A stretch of 64,000 nucleotides of DNA from Bacteroidia bacterium (GCA_049115495.1 JAGDZV010000015.1:69812-133811), one strand, 5' to 3'. Positions 20,846 to 31,679 are shown, counted from the stretch's first letter. Notes: generated by a model not told the origin, from the sequence alone. Made by a program: numbers and translations.

Positions 20846-20944
20846 TTCGACCCATCCCCAGCCCTTCCCTCATCCATGGAAGGGAGCTTTTCTTTCCCTT
20901 TCAAGGGAAAGATGTCACGTTTTGACGTGACAGATAGGGTCGAA
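20846..20944. other. Nested triple-hairpin palindromic element (outer 8-bp stem enclosing three perfect stem-loops); candidate structured ncRNA or REP/MITE-like element
   Basis: Outer stem ttcgaccc (20846-20853) pairs with gggtcgaa (20937-20944). Enclosed hairpins: cccttcc…ggaaggg (20862-20884), tctttccc…gggaaaga (20891-20912), tgtcacgt-tttg-acgtgaca (20913-20932). It is a GC-rich island in AT-rich intergenic DNA. Confidence 0.5.
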
Positions 20945-21091
20945 GGAGAATAAGTTGTAAAGTGGCGGAGAGTCATATGGCATTATAATAAAGCCAATAC
21001 ATAATTGTGTGAAACAAGATTTTAAGAAATTGTCAACGCCCAAGGTGTTGTAGTTGCTATAAATTTTAGTGCTTAAGAAGAAAATTTAGTC

Positions 21092-22519
21092 CTATTCTTC
21101 TTCCTCTTCTTCGCGTTCTTTATTAGCCTTTTCTATTTCTTTCTTTCGCTTTTTGTCTTCCTTTTCTCTTTTCTTTTGTTCACGTCTTTTCTGACCTTCA
21201 GATTTCTCTTTGCCTTTTGCTTTACGCTTTTGGTTGCGTTTAAACTCCCTTTCGGTCATCATTCCGTTGTTACGGTAAACTTGGGCTGAATCTGGCGCTA
21301 CGCTACCCGAAGAATCAGAAGCAGTAGTTTCCATTTCAGGAGCACTTCTTAGTTCTTTCTTTAAATCTGGATCTACATCTGCCGCACATCTAAAACCTAT
21401 ATAATCGGTACCCGCATTTTGCGGTAAAAACCTTCTGGCTCCACTTGTTAAGTAGTAGGCTCTATCATTCCAAGAGCCCCCTTTATATACTCTCAAAATA
21501 GCGCCTGTTATATCCGTTTCTACTTCGGTTTCATTATCCTGACTTATACCCAAAGAGTCCATAATTCTTGCGAAAGTCTCATCAGGGGTAATAAAATTTT
21601 TATCGTTCCTTAAACTATCAGAATACATATCCTGGCCCGGGTTTTCTAGCGCCATAATGTCTTCTATTGTTACGGGGTTATATGCATCGCCAACCCACTC
21701 GGCCACATTGCCTGCCATATTATAAAGGCCAAATTCATTAGGCTCGTACATATAAACAGGAGCCGTAATTACCCCAGCATCGTTGGGTCGGTGGGCTAAG
21801 CCGCCTGCATCCCCTCGGCCGCGTTTAAAATTATGCATCATCTTGCCACGGCCAAACCCCAATTTCTGTCTTATGCTAAAGTACTTATCATTGGTCATGT
21901 TTTGCTCGTTAAAGCTCCAATTGGCCATACTTGCATACTCCCACTCCAGTTCGGTAGGTAGTCTTATTACCACCGAGTCTTCAGACATAGAATCAAGCTC
22001 ATTTATTCTTGCCGTGCGCCACTCGCAATACAAATTGGCTTGTACCCAGGTAACGCCTACCACAGGGTAGAACTGAAAAGCAGGATGGCGCAAATAATTT
22101 CTCACAAAAGGTTCATTATAGCTCATTGGCCTATGCCAAGCCTGAGAATCAGGCAGTGCAAACCGATACTCCATGGGGTCTCCGCCCACCTTTCTCAACC
22201 AATTTAAGTAGGCTGAGTAACTTTGGTTTGTAACTTCTGTTTGATCTATGTAAAATGCTTCAACATCTTGAATATGTGGCAAGGTATTCTTATCCCCTGT
22301 AGTCACTTCGTCAAGCTCGCCCATTATAAACCTGCCACTTGGTATATAAACCATGTTGGCTGGCGCTTTTTTTAGCACTTCTTTGCGGCCTTTTCGGTTG
22401 CGTTTCCAATCATTATACTGGCCACCATATGGGTGCTTTTTGCACGCCGAAAAAAGCAATGGCAGCAAAATAACCGATGCTAATCCGTAAAAAACTGCCT
22501 TATTTAAGAACCGATTCAT
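21092..22519 (-). CDS. FGE-sulfatase (SUMF1) domain lipoprotein, GldJ/GldK-like family, with lysine/glutamate-rich C-terminal tail
   Basis: Lipoprotein signal (LLFSACKK). FGE-domain C-terminal signature KGGSWNDRAYYL…GTDYIGFRCA. The last 50 or so residues are low-complexity K/R/E, ending in EEEEEE. Confidence 0.65.
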   Translation of the reverse strand: MNRFLNKAVFYGLASVILLPLLFSACKKHPYGGQYNDWKRNRKGRKEVLKKAPANMVYIPSGRFIMGELDEVTTGDKNTLPHIQDVEAFYIDQTEVTNQSYSAYLNWLRKVGGDPMEYRFALPDSQAWHRPMSYNEPFVRNYLRHPAFQFYPVVGVTWVQANLYCEWRTARINELDSMSEDSVVIRLPTELEWEYASMANWSFNEQNMTNDKYFSIRQKLGFGRGKMMHNFKRGRGDAGGLAHRPNDAGVITAPVYMYEPNEFGLYNMAGNVAEWVGDAYNPVTIEDIMALENPGQDMYSDSLRNDKNFITPDETFARIMDSLGISQDNETEVETDITGAILRVYKGGSWNDRAYYLTSGARRFLPQNAGTDYIGFRCAADVDPDLKKELRSAPEMETTASDSSGSVAPDSAQVYRNNGMMTEREFKRNQKRKAKGKEKSEGQKRREQKKREKEDKKRKKEIEKANKEREEEEEE

Positions 22520-22552
22520 GTAGTTTGATGGCGTGAAAATAATATCTAATTG

Positions 22553-24589
22553 TTAAGCAACTGTACTTCCGTTGTTTACCTCATTGCTTGGCTCAACGAA
22601 CTTTAAGCTACCGTCTGCATCTTCAACCATTAAAATCATGCCTTCACTCTCCACTCCGCGAAGCTTTCTTGGCGCCAGGTTAACTAGCATAGAAACCTGT
22701 TTTCCAACAACTTCATCAGGTTTGTGATACTCCGCTATACCTGAAACTACGGTTCTAGTTTCAAAGCCAAGATCAACGGTAAGTTTTAACAGTTTCTTTG
22801 CTTTTGGCATTTTCTCAGCCGCAGTAATTTTTCCAATTCTTATATCAAGCTTGGTAAAATCTTCAAACTGAATAGTGTCTTTTACGGGCTCGTATGTAGG
22901 CGCTTTAGCTTCGGCTGCTTTCTCTTCTAGTTTCTGTACTTGTGCTTGCACAAATTTGTCGTCTATTTTAGTAAAGAAATGACCTGGGTTTTCAATTTGA
23001 GCTCCTTCTGCTAATAGCACATTCCCTGCATCATCCCATTTTTTATCGCTAATTGCTAATACATCTTTAATTCTAGACGAAGTAAAAGGTAAAAAAGGCT
23101 CGCAAGTAATAGCCAAACTCGCTACAATTTGAGCGCTTATATTTAGTACAGTACCTGCTCTTTCAGCATCTGTTTTTAGCAATTTCCAAGGTTCGGTTTC
23201 GGTTAGGTATTTATTACCCAATCTTGCCAGATTCATCCACTCACCTAGTGCTTCTTTAAATCTAAATTTCTCAATGGCCGCCCCAATTTTATTAGGAAAA
23301 GCCTTTAGCTCAGCTAGTGTATTATTGTCAAGCTCTGTTAAGTTGACAGCCGCAGGAACTTTAGAATCAAAGTTTTTAGCGGTAAGTACAAAAACACGGT
23401 TTACCAAATTGCCAAATACAGCAACAAGCTCGTTGTTGTTTCGGTCTTTATAGTCTTGCCAATTAAAATCGGCGTCTTTTCCTTCTGGCATATTGGCGCT
23501 AAGCACATAGCGCAGCACATCTTCTTTGCCCGGAACATCTTCTAAATACTCATGAAGCCATACGGCCCAGTTCTTTGATGTTGAAAATTTCTCACCTTCA
23601 AGATTCAAGAATTCATTGGCTGGCACATTATCGGGCACAATGTATTCGCCATGTGCCTTTAGCATTGATGGAAAGAAAATACAATGAAATACTATATTGT
23701 CTTTTCCTATAAAATGTACCAAACGTGTGTCTTCGTCTTTCCAATATGGTTCCCAATCTTTACCCGTTTGTTGCGCCCATTCTTTGGTTGATGAAATATA
23801 ACCGATTGGTGCATCAAACCAAACGTAAAGCACTTTACCGTCAGCATCAGTTCTTGGTACGGGCACACCCCAATCAAGATCTCTTGTAACGGCTCTTGGT
23901 TGTAGGCCAGCATCTAACCAGCTTTTTACCTGTCCATAAACATTTGCTTTCCATTCGGTGTGGTCTTCAAGCACCCATTTCTCTAGCCACTCTTGAAACT
24001 GATCTAATGGAAAATACCAATGAGATGTTTCTTTTAAAACCGGTGTTTCGCCACTAAGGGTTGATACAGGGTTTATTAAATCAGTAGCATTTAATGAGCT
24101 ACCACAACTTTCGCATTGATCGCCATATGCTTCGGCATTTCCGCATTTAGGGCAAGTACCTTTTACATATCGATCGGCCAAAAATTGGTTGTGCTTGGCA
24201 TCATAAAGCTGCTGGGTAGTTTCTTGCTTTAAAATGTCTTTTTGGTCAAGTACTTTAAAAAACTCCTGAGCAGTTTCTTTATGAAGATCTGTTGATGTTC
24301 TTGAATACCAATCAAAAGATATTCCTAGACTCTTTAATGAGTCTCTAACCAGTGGATGGTATTTATCTATAATATCTCTTGGTGTAATGCCTTCTCTAAT
24401 TGCCCTTAAAGTAATAGCCATTCCATTTTCGTCGCTTCCGCAGATGTACAAAACATCTTCGCCCTTGCTTCTAAGGTAGCGAACATATATATCGGCTGGT
24501 AAAAAGCAACCTACCAAATGGCCAAAGTGAATTGGACCGTTTACGTAAGGCAGTGCCGATGTTACCGTATGGCGTTTATAGTTTTTCAT
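22553..24589 (-). CDS. metG: Methionine--tRNA ligase
   Basis: Class I HIGH motif ([14 protein letters not shown]), KMSKS-type motif (KFSTSK), zinc-knuckle cysteines (CPKCG…CESCG), C-terminal tRNA-binding (EMAP-like) domain. Confidence 0.95.
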   Translation of the reverse strand: MKNYKRHTVTSALPYVNGPIHFGHLVGCFLPADIYVRYLRSKGEDVLYICGSDENGMAITLRAIREGITPRDIIDKYHPLVRDSLKSLGISFDWYSRTSTDLHKETAQEFFKVLDQKDILKQETTQQLYDAKHNQFLADRYVKGTCPKCGNAEAYGDQCESCGSSLNATDLINPVSTLSGETPVLKETSHWYFPLDQFQEWLEKWVLEDHTEWKANVYGQVKSWLDAGLQPRAVTRDLDWGVPVPRTDADGKVLYVWFDAPIGYISSTKEWAQQTGKDWEPYWKDEDTRLVHFIGKDNIVFHCIFFPSMLKAHGEYIVPDNVPANEFLNLEGEKFSTSKNWAVWLHEYLEDVPGKEDVLRYVLSANMPEGKDADFNWQDYKDRNNNELVAVFGNLVNRVFVLTAKNFDSKVPAAVNLTELDNNTLAELKAFPNKIGAAIEKFRFKEALGEWMNLARLGNKYLTETEPWKLLKTDAERAGTVLNISAQIVASLAITCEPFLPFTSSRIKDVLAISDKKWDDAGNVLLAEGAQIENPGHFFTKIDDKFVQAQVQKLEEKAAEAKAPTYEPVKDTIQFEDFTKLDIRIGKITAAEKMPKAKKLLKLTVDLGFETRTVVSGIAEYHKPDEVVGKQVSMLVNLAPRKLRGVESEGMILMVEDADGSLKFVEPSNEVNNGSTVA

Positions 24590-24639
24590 GACTACAGTTA
24601 AAAATACGCTGCAAAGGTATCTCTATAAATTGTGTAGGT

Positions 24640-24672
24640 GAAAGGAAAATTAATACGCCTAGCTTTAAAGCG
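24640..24672 (-). terminator. Hairpin terminator after the OstA-like gene; promoter region of metG
   Basis: Inverted repeat aatacgcg…cgcgtatt with T-rich flank on the minus strand. A TAnnTTTG-like -7 element (tacctttg on the minus strand) lies about 30 nt upstream of the metG ATG. Confidence 0.35.
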
Positions 24673-24685
24673 CGTATTTTACTTC

Positions 24686-26377
24686 TTACTTAGAAACAGG
24701 AGCCGAGAAAGGGCTTTTAGGGAGCTCTGCATTTTGTTGTTTTGGAGGGGCTAAATCGCCTTCTTTTGTTGGTAACTCACCTTCAAGCTCATTAGTACCA
24801 ATAGGTGTATTGCTTACAGTTCTGGTTTTTACTGACTTAAAGATTTGATCGGCAGTATATGGCCTTTCATTGCCTTTCCATTTAAAATCATTGATCATTA
24901 GGCTTTTAGGGTTTACCTCTTTGGCGGGGGTTACAAAACTTTCTCCTTTTTGAATAAATGCCAGTGCCTTAATACCTTTTTGCCCAAATCTTATTATGGC
25001 TTTTTGAGCTGTAACATCGTTAACTCCTACAAGTGCTGTATCGCCTTCAAGCACATAGTATATTGCTCTTGCGGTACTGTGTACATCTACTTTCTTTATA
25101 TCTCCTTTCTTAAAATAGGCGGTCATGCTATCGCCAGCTATTTGATCGTATTGCTCAAATGGATGCTTTTGCCCCATTAGTGCATTTCCTTTTAAGAAAA
25201 CTTGCTCAATGCCATTATCGCCCAACTTGGCTCTAATATTTAAACCTGTAATCTGAAAACTATCCATCCAAAAGATGGGGTCGCCATGATAATCTATTAT
25301 GGAATCACTTTGAAAATAGGCCATTGAATCGCATGTGGCTTGGTATGATCTATTGTAGATACGCACATTATAATATGCAAGGGCTATACGTTTAGTTTTT
25401 GTGCTGTCATAAAAGATCTTAAGCGTATCGCTACTTAAGTAGAGTGTATCTTCACCTTCATACTGAATCATTTGAAGACTATCAGTAATCATATAGGAAT
25501 CATCGTTTTTGTCAAACTCTGCATAGTTGCCTTGTACATCAAGATTCTTAACCGTATCAACCAAATGTGCCCTTTTGTAAGCAAAGCCTAAACCGGTTTT
25601 AGAGTTGAAATAGAGGCTGTCTCCATCAAGTGTTTGTCCTTTGTCTCTAAGTAATGAGTTTTTACCCAATTTTACTTCGTTACCCTTTGAATAAAACACT
25701 CCGTTTTCGCAATATAAATATTGACCTTCTTTGGTATTGATATGACTTGGGCCGTTAAAATAGCTGTTTTCGTTGGCTATATTATATCTTAATGTATCTG
25801 TTCTTACATTATAATCTGGGTTTTTTAGCCTTACATGTTTCTTAAAATACATGTCTTTGCTCTTGGCGTAGTAATACCCTTTTATGCTGCTTAATCTATT
25901 TGGGCCATCAGTAATAAATGCCGAATCTACGTAGTAAGCAATTTCATTAGCCATATCATAATACAAAGCCTTTGTAGTAAGTGTCATTTTACCGTCGGTC
26001 ATAAATACACGTTCTCCCCTTACATCAAGCTTTTCTTCTTTTTCATTGTAAAAAAGCTCGTCTCCTGTAAGCATTAATGTATCACCTTGATTAAATCGAA
26101 CATTATCATAAGCGTATATCTCTTCGTCTTCAACAAACTGAATTGCACTATCGCACTTGAAAATTACATTGTCTTTTTTAAAAGCCACATTGCCCACCAA
26201 AACCCTTACTCGTTTGCCATCAATCTTTTTATAGCTCAGCTCATCAAGACTTATTACTTCTACTTTTCCACCACCAACTTTACTTTTTTCATCTTCGTTT
26301 TGTGCTAATAAATTTGATGGAATTAGGCTTATAAGCGTAAAAAAAGCAGATATAAAAGAAAATCTATTAATTGTCAT
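24686..26377 (-). CDS. OstA-like (LptA/LptD N-terminal-like beta-jellyroll repeat) protein
   Basis: Signal peptide. Repeated beta-strand modules reminiscent of the OstA_N fold. Overlaps the upstream SprT-like gene by 11 nt. Confidence 0.45.
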   Translation of the reverse strand: MTINRFSFISAFFTLISLIPSNLLAQNEDEKSKVGGGKVEVISLDELSYKKIDGKRVRVLVGNVAFKKDNVIFKCDSAIQFVEDEEIYAYDNVRFNQGDTLMLTGDELFYNEKEEKLDVRGERVFMTDGKMTLTTKALYYDMANEIAYYVDSAFITDGPNRLSSIKGYYYAKSKDMYFKKHVRLKNPDYNVRTDTLRYNIANENSYFNGPSHINTKEGQYLYCENGVFYSKGNEVKLGKNSLLRDKGQTLDGDSLYFNSKTGLGFAYKRAHLVDTVKNLDVQGNYAEFDKNDDSYMITDSLQMIQYEGEDTLYLSSDTLKIFYDSTKTKRIALAYYNVRIYNRSYQATCDSMAYFQSDSIIDYHGDPIFWMDSFQITGLNIRAKLGDNGIEQVFLKGNALMGQKHPFEQYDQIAGDSMTAYFKKGDIKKVDVHSTARAIYYVLEGDTALVGVNDVTAQKAIIRFGQKGIKALAFIQKGESFVTPAKEVNPKSLMINDFKWKGNERPYTADQIFKSVKTRTVSNTPIGTNELEGELPTKEGDLAPPKQQNAELPKSPFSAPVSK

Positions 26378-26984
26378 TTACAGGGTTTACCTCAGCCAAT
26401 GCGCTGAAGTAATATTTTTTATGTGTACCAACTTCAAAACAAGAGTAACGCTTGCGCAATTTGCGTTCCACCTTAAAAAGTCTGTTTCTAAATACAAATC
26501 TATCACCGGGGTTTAGATCTCCTACCCTAACCACATTTTCATTTTGCGGGTTGTATGCTTCTAATGCCAAATAAAGGCTCTCATCGGTACAAGAAGAAGC
26601 CGCTGGGTTTTGCATATAATTGATCAAACTCTTAGCTATATCATCAGGAAAAACCTTTTGCTCTAAGTGTGGAAGCATCAACTGCTGAAAATATGATTTC
26701 CACTCAACACCATGAGGTGCTACTCTATTACCGTAGGTTTTGAAATTATATAAATGAGCGATTTCATGCACTAAGGTTACCAAAAACGCATATTGATTAA
26801 GGTTGCCGTTTACGCTGATTTTGTGTGGAATATCTTTTCGGTGCGGTGGACGGTAATCACCAAGTTTGGTTTTTCTTGGTCTAGAAATTCTCAGATTCAC
26901 GTCATTGCGAACCAAATGTGGTTCTACAAGGCCAAAGGTGCCTTCAGGAATATATTTTTTAAGTGCTTCGAAAGGGCTGCTCAC
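26367..26984 (-). CDS. SprT-like zinc-metalloprotease-domain protein
   Basis: HExxH motif within LVHEIAHLYNF, in the context typical of the SprT-like family. Confidence 0.6.
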   Translation of the reverse strand: MSSPFEALKKYIPEGTFGLVEPHLVRNDVNLRISRPRKTKLGDYRPPHRKDIPHKISVNGNLNQYAFLVTLVHEIAHLYNFKTYGNRVAPHGVEWKSYFQQLMLPHLEQKVFPDDIAKSLINYMQNPAASSCTDESLYLALEAYNPQNENVVRVGDLNPGDRFVFRNRLFKVERKLRKRYSCFEVGTHKKYYFSALAEVNPVNDN

Positions 26985-27012
26985 AGACGCTCAATATTGC
27001 CCGCAAAGAAAA

Positions 27013-27282
27013 CTATTCCTCTTTATCTCTCAATCTTGGATTTACAGGGTTTGCTTTTACGCGAACAGTTTTTACATCTTCATAAAAGTGTTGCTCAAAA
27101 GTATGCTCAGATGGTTCTCCATCTTTTAACACGCGATATACCATCCAAATTACGAATACTGGCGAAACGGCCCAAGATGCTATAATTACTATATCAGGAA
27201 TACCCAAATATGGCGATATGGCATGAATCATAAGGTAAAGCGTAGTAAGTAGAATTGGAAGTTTAATAGGTTTCATCTGCAA
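27013..27282 (-). CDS. Small two-TM membrane protein (89 aa)
   Basis: Two hydrophobic helices, charged C-terminus. Confidence 0.35.
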   Translation of the reverse strand: MQMKPIKLPILLTTLYLMIHAISPYLGIPDIVIIASWAVSPVFVIWMVYRVLKDGEPSEHTFEQHFYEDVKTVRVKANPVNPRLRDKEE

Positions 27283-27407
27283 TTGGGCTTTTGAAAAGAA
27301 ACCTGACTTGCTCTAAATGGTTGAGAATTAATGTCTAAATGTTTGTGAATTGTTGTTTTGAATGAGATTTTGAACCCCCTTGAGAGTTGCTGCCTTTTAC
27401 ATTAAAA

Positions 27408-27776
27408 TCAAGAAAAAACAACCTTACCCAACCAAATCATAAGAATACAGCCCACAACATTTAATAATAAATAGCCGATTGAGTGAGCAATTTGACTAGC
27501 TGAACTCAATTGAAAAAAGTCCATTGCAAAAGTGCTCATTGTGGTTAGCGATCCGCAAAAACCAACCATTAATAGAAGCTTATATTCTTGAGAAAGGTGC
27601 TTTGGGTTAAAAACTCCAAAAAGCATAGCAGATAAGAGTAGGCTACCAACAAGGTTTACCAGCAAGGTTCCTATTGGAAATGAACCCATTTTACCCTGCA
27701 GCCAGCTGCTAACTCCAAAACGAGCAATTGCTCCAAAGAAACCTCCTAAACCTACTATTAGCGCTTTAATGAGCAA
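27408..27776 (-). CDS. crcB: Fluoride ion channel CrcB/FluC
   Basis: 122 aa, 4 TM helices, N-terminal LIVGLGGFFGAIARFGVS, characteristic of CrcB. Confidence 0.85.
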   Translation of the reverse strand: MLIKALIVGLGGFFGAIARFGVSSWLQGKMGSFPIGTLLVNLVGSLLLSAMLFGVFNPKHLSQEYKLLLMVGFCGSLTTMSTFAMDFFQLSSASQIAHSIGYLLLNVVGCILMIWLGKVVFS

Positions 27777-27784
27777 ATCAATTC

Positions 27785-29491
27785 TTATTTTGATTTTCTA
27801 TGTTCAGGAAAATTATTATCAAAACCTTGCCAGTAGTCGTTTACTGTTTGTTTCATCTCTTTTCTTAGCCAAAGAATACCCAATAGGTTGGGTATTGTCA
27901 TTAACGCAATGGCAATTCCCGAAAATGTCCAAATGATTTGAGTATCGGTAAACGAGGCCAAGAAAAAACCAATGATGTAAACAACACGGTACGGCAAAAT
28001 TCCTTTGCTTCCTACTAAAAAGGTCATGGCTCTATCACCGTAGTATGACCATGAAATAGCTGTTGAAAATGCAAAAAGTAAAAGCCCTATGGTAACAATA
28101 TAGCCACCCCAGCTGCCAAATAAACCTTTGTTAAAGGCAATTGCTGTTAAAGGTGCACTATGTACTAGCGATTTACCGCTAAACAAAATGCCTTCGCTCT
28201 CTTTAGGTTTACCTTCTTCAATGGTCATTATGCCATTAAAAAGCGTATTACCTTCATCATTAGTATTGTATACTAACACATCTTCAGCTAATGATCTTGA
28301 GTGTATTATTGAACGAGATCCATCTATTTTACCATCTACTATTTTCAACTCACCTGAAAATAGGGCCAGGGTTTCAACACCATTTAAATGATCAAATAGT
28401 TGATCCTTGTTGTCGTTCTCATTATATGTTTCTTTGAGAATTTGCAGCTCTGCAAATTGAAAATCGTTTTGATGTTTTTGATTCCAAACCCCCGAAGACA
28501 ACAATGTTACACCTGTAAGTGTACAGATAATAATGGTGTCGATAAAGGGTTCTAAAATTGAAACCATACCTTCTGAAACGGGCTCGTTTGCTTTGGCAGA
28601 TGCATGTGCAATTGGTGCAGAACCTTGACCCGCTTCATTTGAAAACAATCCACGGTTAACACCGCGATTAAAGGCATAAATAATTGTTGCACCTAAAAAC
28701 CCACCCGTTGCTGCCGAACCAGTGAAAACATCGGTAAACACCGATATAAATGAAGGAATAATTTGATCGTAGTTGTAAACAAGAACGCTTAAGGCGCCAA
28801 TTACATAAATAATAGCCATAGTAGGCACAAGCTTTTCTGTAACCTTGGCAATTCTTTTTATACCGCCAATAATTACAAAGCCTAGCAAAACAGCCAAAAC
28901 ACCACCAGTAATCATTTGATCAATATTGAATGATGCCTTTACTGAGTTTGCAATACTATTGATCTGCGGTAGGTTTCCTGTTCCAAAAGATGAAATTACG
29001 GTAGCAATTGCAAAAATTACCGCCATCCATTTAAGGTTCACTTTTCCACCACCTAACTTAAATGTGGCATTCTTCATAAAATACATAGGGCCACCAGCCA
29101 TGGTACCGTCCTCAGTTTTTTCTCGGTATTTATGGGAAAGCGTAACCTCTACAAACTTGGTACACATACCTAAAAACGCAGTTACAAGCATCCAAAATAA
29201 AGCCGCTGGTCCGCCTAAGTGCAGCGCAAAAGCTACCCCTGCAATATTTCCTGTTCCTACTGTACCTGATAGCGCAGTAGCCAATGCCTGAAAATGAGAA
29301 GTATCTCCTTCATCGCCCTTTTTGTCAAACTTTCCTTTTACAATGTTTATAGCATGCTTAAAGAACCGAATTTGCGGAAATCCTAAATAGATTGTGAAAA
29401 ATAAACCTGTTAAGAGTAGGAACATTACGAACCACCAGCTACCACCAATGTATCCATCTATTGTTGCTAGTATATTATTAAGCTCTTGCAT
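27785..29491 (-). CDS. Alanine/glycine:cation symporter (AGCS) family transporter with about 100-aa inserted soluble loop
   Basis: AGCS-type N-terminus and polytopic membrane profile; 8-nt gap to crcB, so probably co-transcribed. Confidence 0.75.
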   Translation of the reverse strand: MQELNNILATIDGYIGGSWWFVMFLLLTGLFFTIYLGFPQIRFFKHAINIVKGKFDKKGDEGDTSHFQALATALSGTVGTGNIAGVAFALHLGGPAALFWMLVTAFLGMCTKFVEVTLSHKYREKTEDGTMAGGPMYFMKNATFKLGGGKVNLKWMAVIFAIATVISSFGTGNLPQINSIANSVKASFNIDQMITGGVLAVLLGFVIIGGIKRIAKVTEKLVPTMAIIYVIGALSVLVYNYDQIIPSFISVFTDVFTGSAATGGFLGATIIYAFNRGVNRGLFSNEAGQGSAPIAHASAKANEPVSEGMVSILEPFIDTIIICTLTGVTLLSSGVWNQKHQNDFQFAELQILKETYNENDNKDQLFDHLNGVETLALFSGELKIVDGKIDGSRSIIHSRSLAEDVLVYNTNDEGNTLFNGIMTIEEGKPKESEGILFSGKSLVHSAPLTAIAFNKGLFGSWGGYIVTIGLLLFAFSTAISWSYYGDRAMTFLVGSKGILPYRVVYIIGFFLASFTDTQIIWTFSGIAIALMTIPNLLGILWLRKEMKQTVNDYWQGFDNNFPEHRKSK

Positions 29492-29719
29492 AATCTATGT
29501 TTAGGTTGCTTGTGCAGCGCAATGATATAAGATATAAAACAAAAGACAGAATTGAAGCCTAAATTCACCTTTGCTGGGCTATTAAGTATTTTATATTCTA
29601 AATCTTTTTTTCATAAACACCATTTATAATCTGCATTTAAAGGCCTATTGCTAAAATGTTGGGTTATTGACCTTTGTCAAGACCGCTGATAATGAACACA
29701 ATACATTTGTGGTCACAAA

Positions 29720-30046
29720 ATGAAAGCAGCGGCAATAAATACTTTTACCAAGCTCCAAGAAAAATGGGGAGTTAATAGCCTTTGGCAGGTATTCGTAATA
29801 TGTGTGGTGTTTGCCATTACTGGTTCAATGAGTTTAAAGGTAGGACGCCCTGTTTTAGACTTTATAGGCGTACATCAAGAAACCATGAACCCTTGGTTGT
29901 ATTGGCCAGCACGTTTGCTTATCATCTTCCCTATATATCAGGTGCTATTAATCATTTTTGGTACCCTTTTTGGCCAATATAAATTCTTTTATCAAGTAGA
30001 GAAAAAGATGTTGGGTAGGATGTTACCTTTTTTATTTAATAAATAA
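29720..30046 (+). CDS. Small hypothetical membrane protein (2-3 TM)
   Basis: 108-aa ORF with hydrophobic helices. Confidence 0.35.
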   Translation: MKAAAINTFTKLQEKWGVNSLWQVFVICVVFAITGSMSLKVGRPVLDFIGVHQETMNPWLYWPARLLIIFPIYQVLLIIFGTLFGQYKFFYQVEKKMLGRMLPFLFNK

Positions 30047-30085
30047 GATTACAACAAAAATGTTTTTGAGAGTTCGTTAAATGAG

Positions 30086-31566
30086 CTACTCCACCACAAA
30101 TTTTGCTTGGTAGTTTTCATTGTCTAATTGGGTTTGTATAAAATAAATGCCTTTAGGGTAGGCGCTTATGTCTATTTCATGAAGGCTATTTGTAAGATTT
30201 AGGGTTTTTACCCTAGCATCAGTAGATATAATTTGTAGTTGAATGCTGTTGGTATTGAAACTTCTGAGGTCTATGTTTATTGAATTACTTGCAGGGTTGG
30301 GGAATAGATTAAGATTATTGAATTGCTTAGGGCTGCGCCGTGGCGCTATGCTTGTAAGGGTTACATTTTCATTATCGCCCAAAAGGTTGCCATACTTATC
30401 AAAGTGGAAAAGGATATTGTAATGAAGCCATTCCCCATTTATTCTAGACCTTGCTCGACCTGCTACCCAAATGCTTGTATCATTTGGGTCATCGCTCACG
30501 AAAAGGGAATAATAAAAATCTAATGAATCAATATCTACATTAATAATGTGATTTCTTACAATTTTCCTTTTTCATCCAAAAAGATCAAACCTCTGCCTAC
30601 CAAAACGCTTTCGTCGCTTTTTAAATGTTTAAAGTCTGAAAAGGTTGTATTGGATCTTGAAATACCATTAAATGTCCATAACACTTCACCTGTGGTATCT
30701 ACTCTTGAAATTGCATAAGTAAAAGTATCACTTTTTCTATCGTCATTGTCATACCTATAGCCCACTAAAAAATTAGAATCATTGGTAAGATCAAAGTTTG
30801 GCATGCCGCCTTCATAAAGTTTTGGTCTATGTAGGTCAACAGTTTGACTTTTAAAGTTGCCCCCATCTTTATCCATCTCAAAAAGCCAACCACTTTCATT
30901 TATACCATAGAATTTATTATTCATCTCCACAACGCTACCGGGAGTTTTTGCGGTAGTAAAGCCCCTGAGAAAAGTAATTTCATTGCCCGCTATATCATAT
31001 TGCCTTATTTCGCCACTTGTAAGTGCTTGTCCGTAGCCTAAAACTGTGGTGGTGCCTTTTTCATCTAAACTAAAGGTGCAAAATATTGAAAAAGGGAATC
31101 GTTTGTCTAATACCAATTCACCATGGCTGTTGTATATTATTAAAAAAAGGCTATCGTAAATATAACCGTCATTAAGTGTGTGTCCCATTATTCCCATATA
31201 ATTATCAGAGCCATAGATAAAACTAAATTGATTGAACAGTCCATCTAAATCTCTACCGCTCACACTTAGGGTATCAATTCTTTCAAGTTTTCCTTTTTTG
31301 TCGAGAATATGTAATAGGTAAAGGTTGCTATCTGGCCCACTTGTAGCCATAAACTCTTCCATTACAAAAACTCGATCATGTGTGGTATGTAAACCTACAA
31401 ATTCGGTTGACTCATTCCATGGACGAGTTTCTCCAGGTGGCCTTTGAAAACTGTAAATACCCAAACTAGTTTGGGCATGCAAATTCCCACCAAATAGGCT
31501 CGTAAGGAATAAACCAATCAAAAAAGCTTTATTATTTGGCAAGGTATTATTTTCTTGTCTATTCAA
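30086..31566 (-). pseudogene. T9SS-secreted beta-propeller-like protein split by a 1-nt frameshift: N-terminal part 30556-31566, C-terminal T9SS sorting-domain part 30086-30571
   Basis: The 336-aa ORF (signal peptide, no sorting domain) stops at 30556. A second frame, open from 30571, encodes a canonical Por-secretion tail (LFPNPASNSINIDL…KGIYFIQTQL…KFVVE) but has no signal peptide. The junction lies in GAAAAAGGAAAATTG on the minus strand; a +1 A insertion would fuse the frames. Confidence 0.5.
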
Positions 31567-31679
31567 ACTTTAGATTTATATTTTGCCAGTAAGATACAAG
31601 GTTTTCAATTTTAAATGGAACTATTAACCACTTCAGGCCAGCCTTTTTAACCTTTTAACCCGCCACCTTTTAATACTAA

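Noticed and set aside
20846-20944. Possibility that the triple-hairpin element is a tRNA or tRNA-like cloverleaf
   Set aside because: Arm lengths and loops (4-9 nt, no 7-nt T-loop with TTCRA, no 7-nt anticodon loop) do not fit tRNA geometry.
26793-27185. 130-aa and 87-aa plus-strand ORFs antisense to the SprT-like and small membrane protein genes
   Set aside because: Antisense overlaps with better-supported minus-strand genes; no motifs.
29492-29719. Fluoride riboswitch upstream of the AGCS-crcB operon
   Set aside because: Reverse-complement inspection showed no GGCGATG…CTGATG conserved core. Kept only as an absence noted in the findings; needs cmsearch to be sure.
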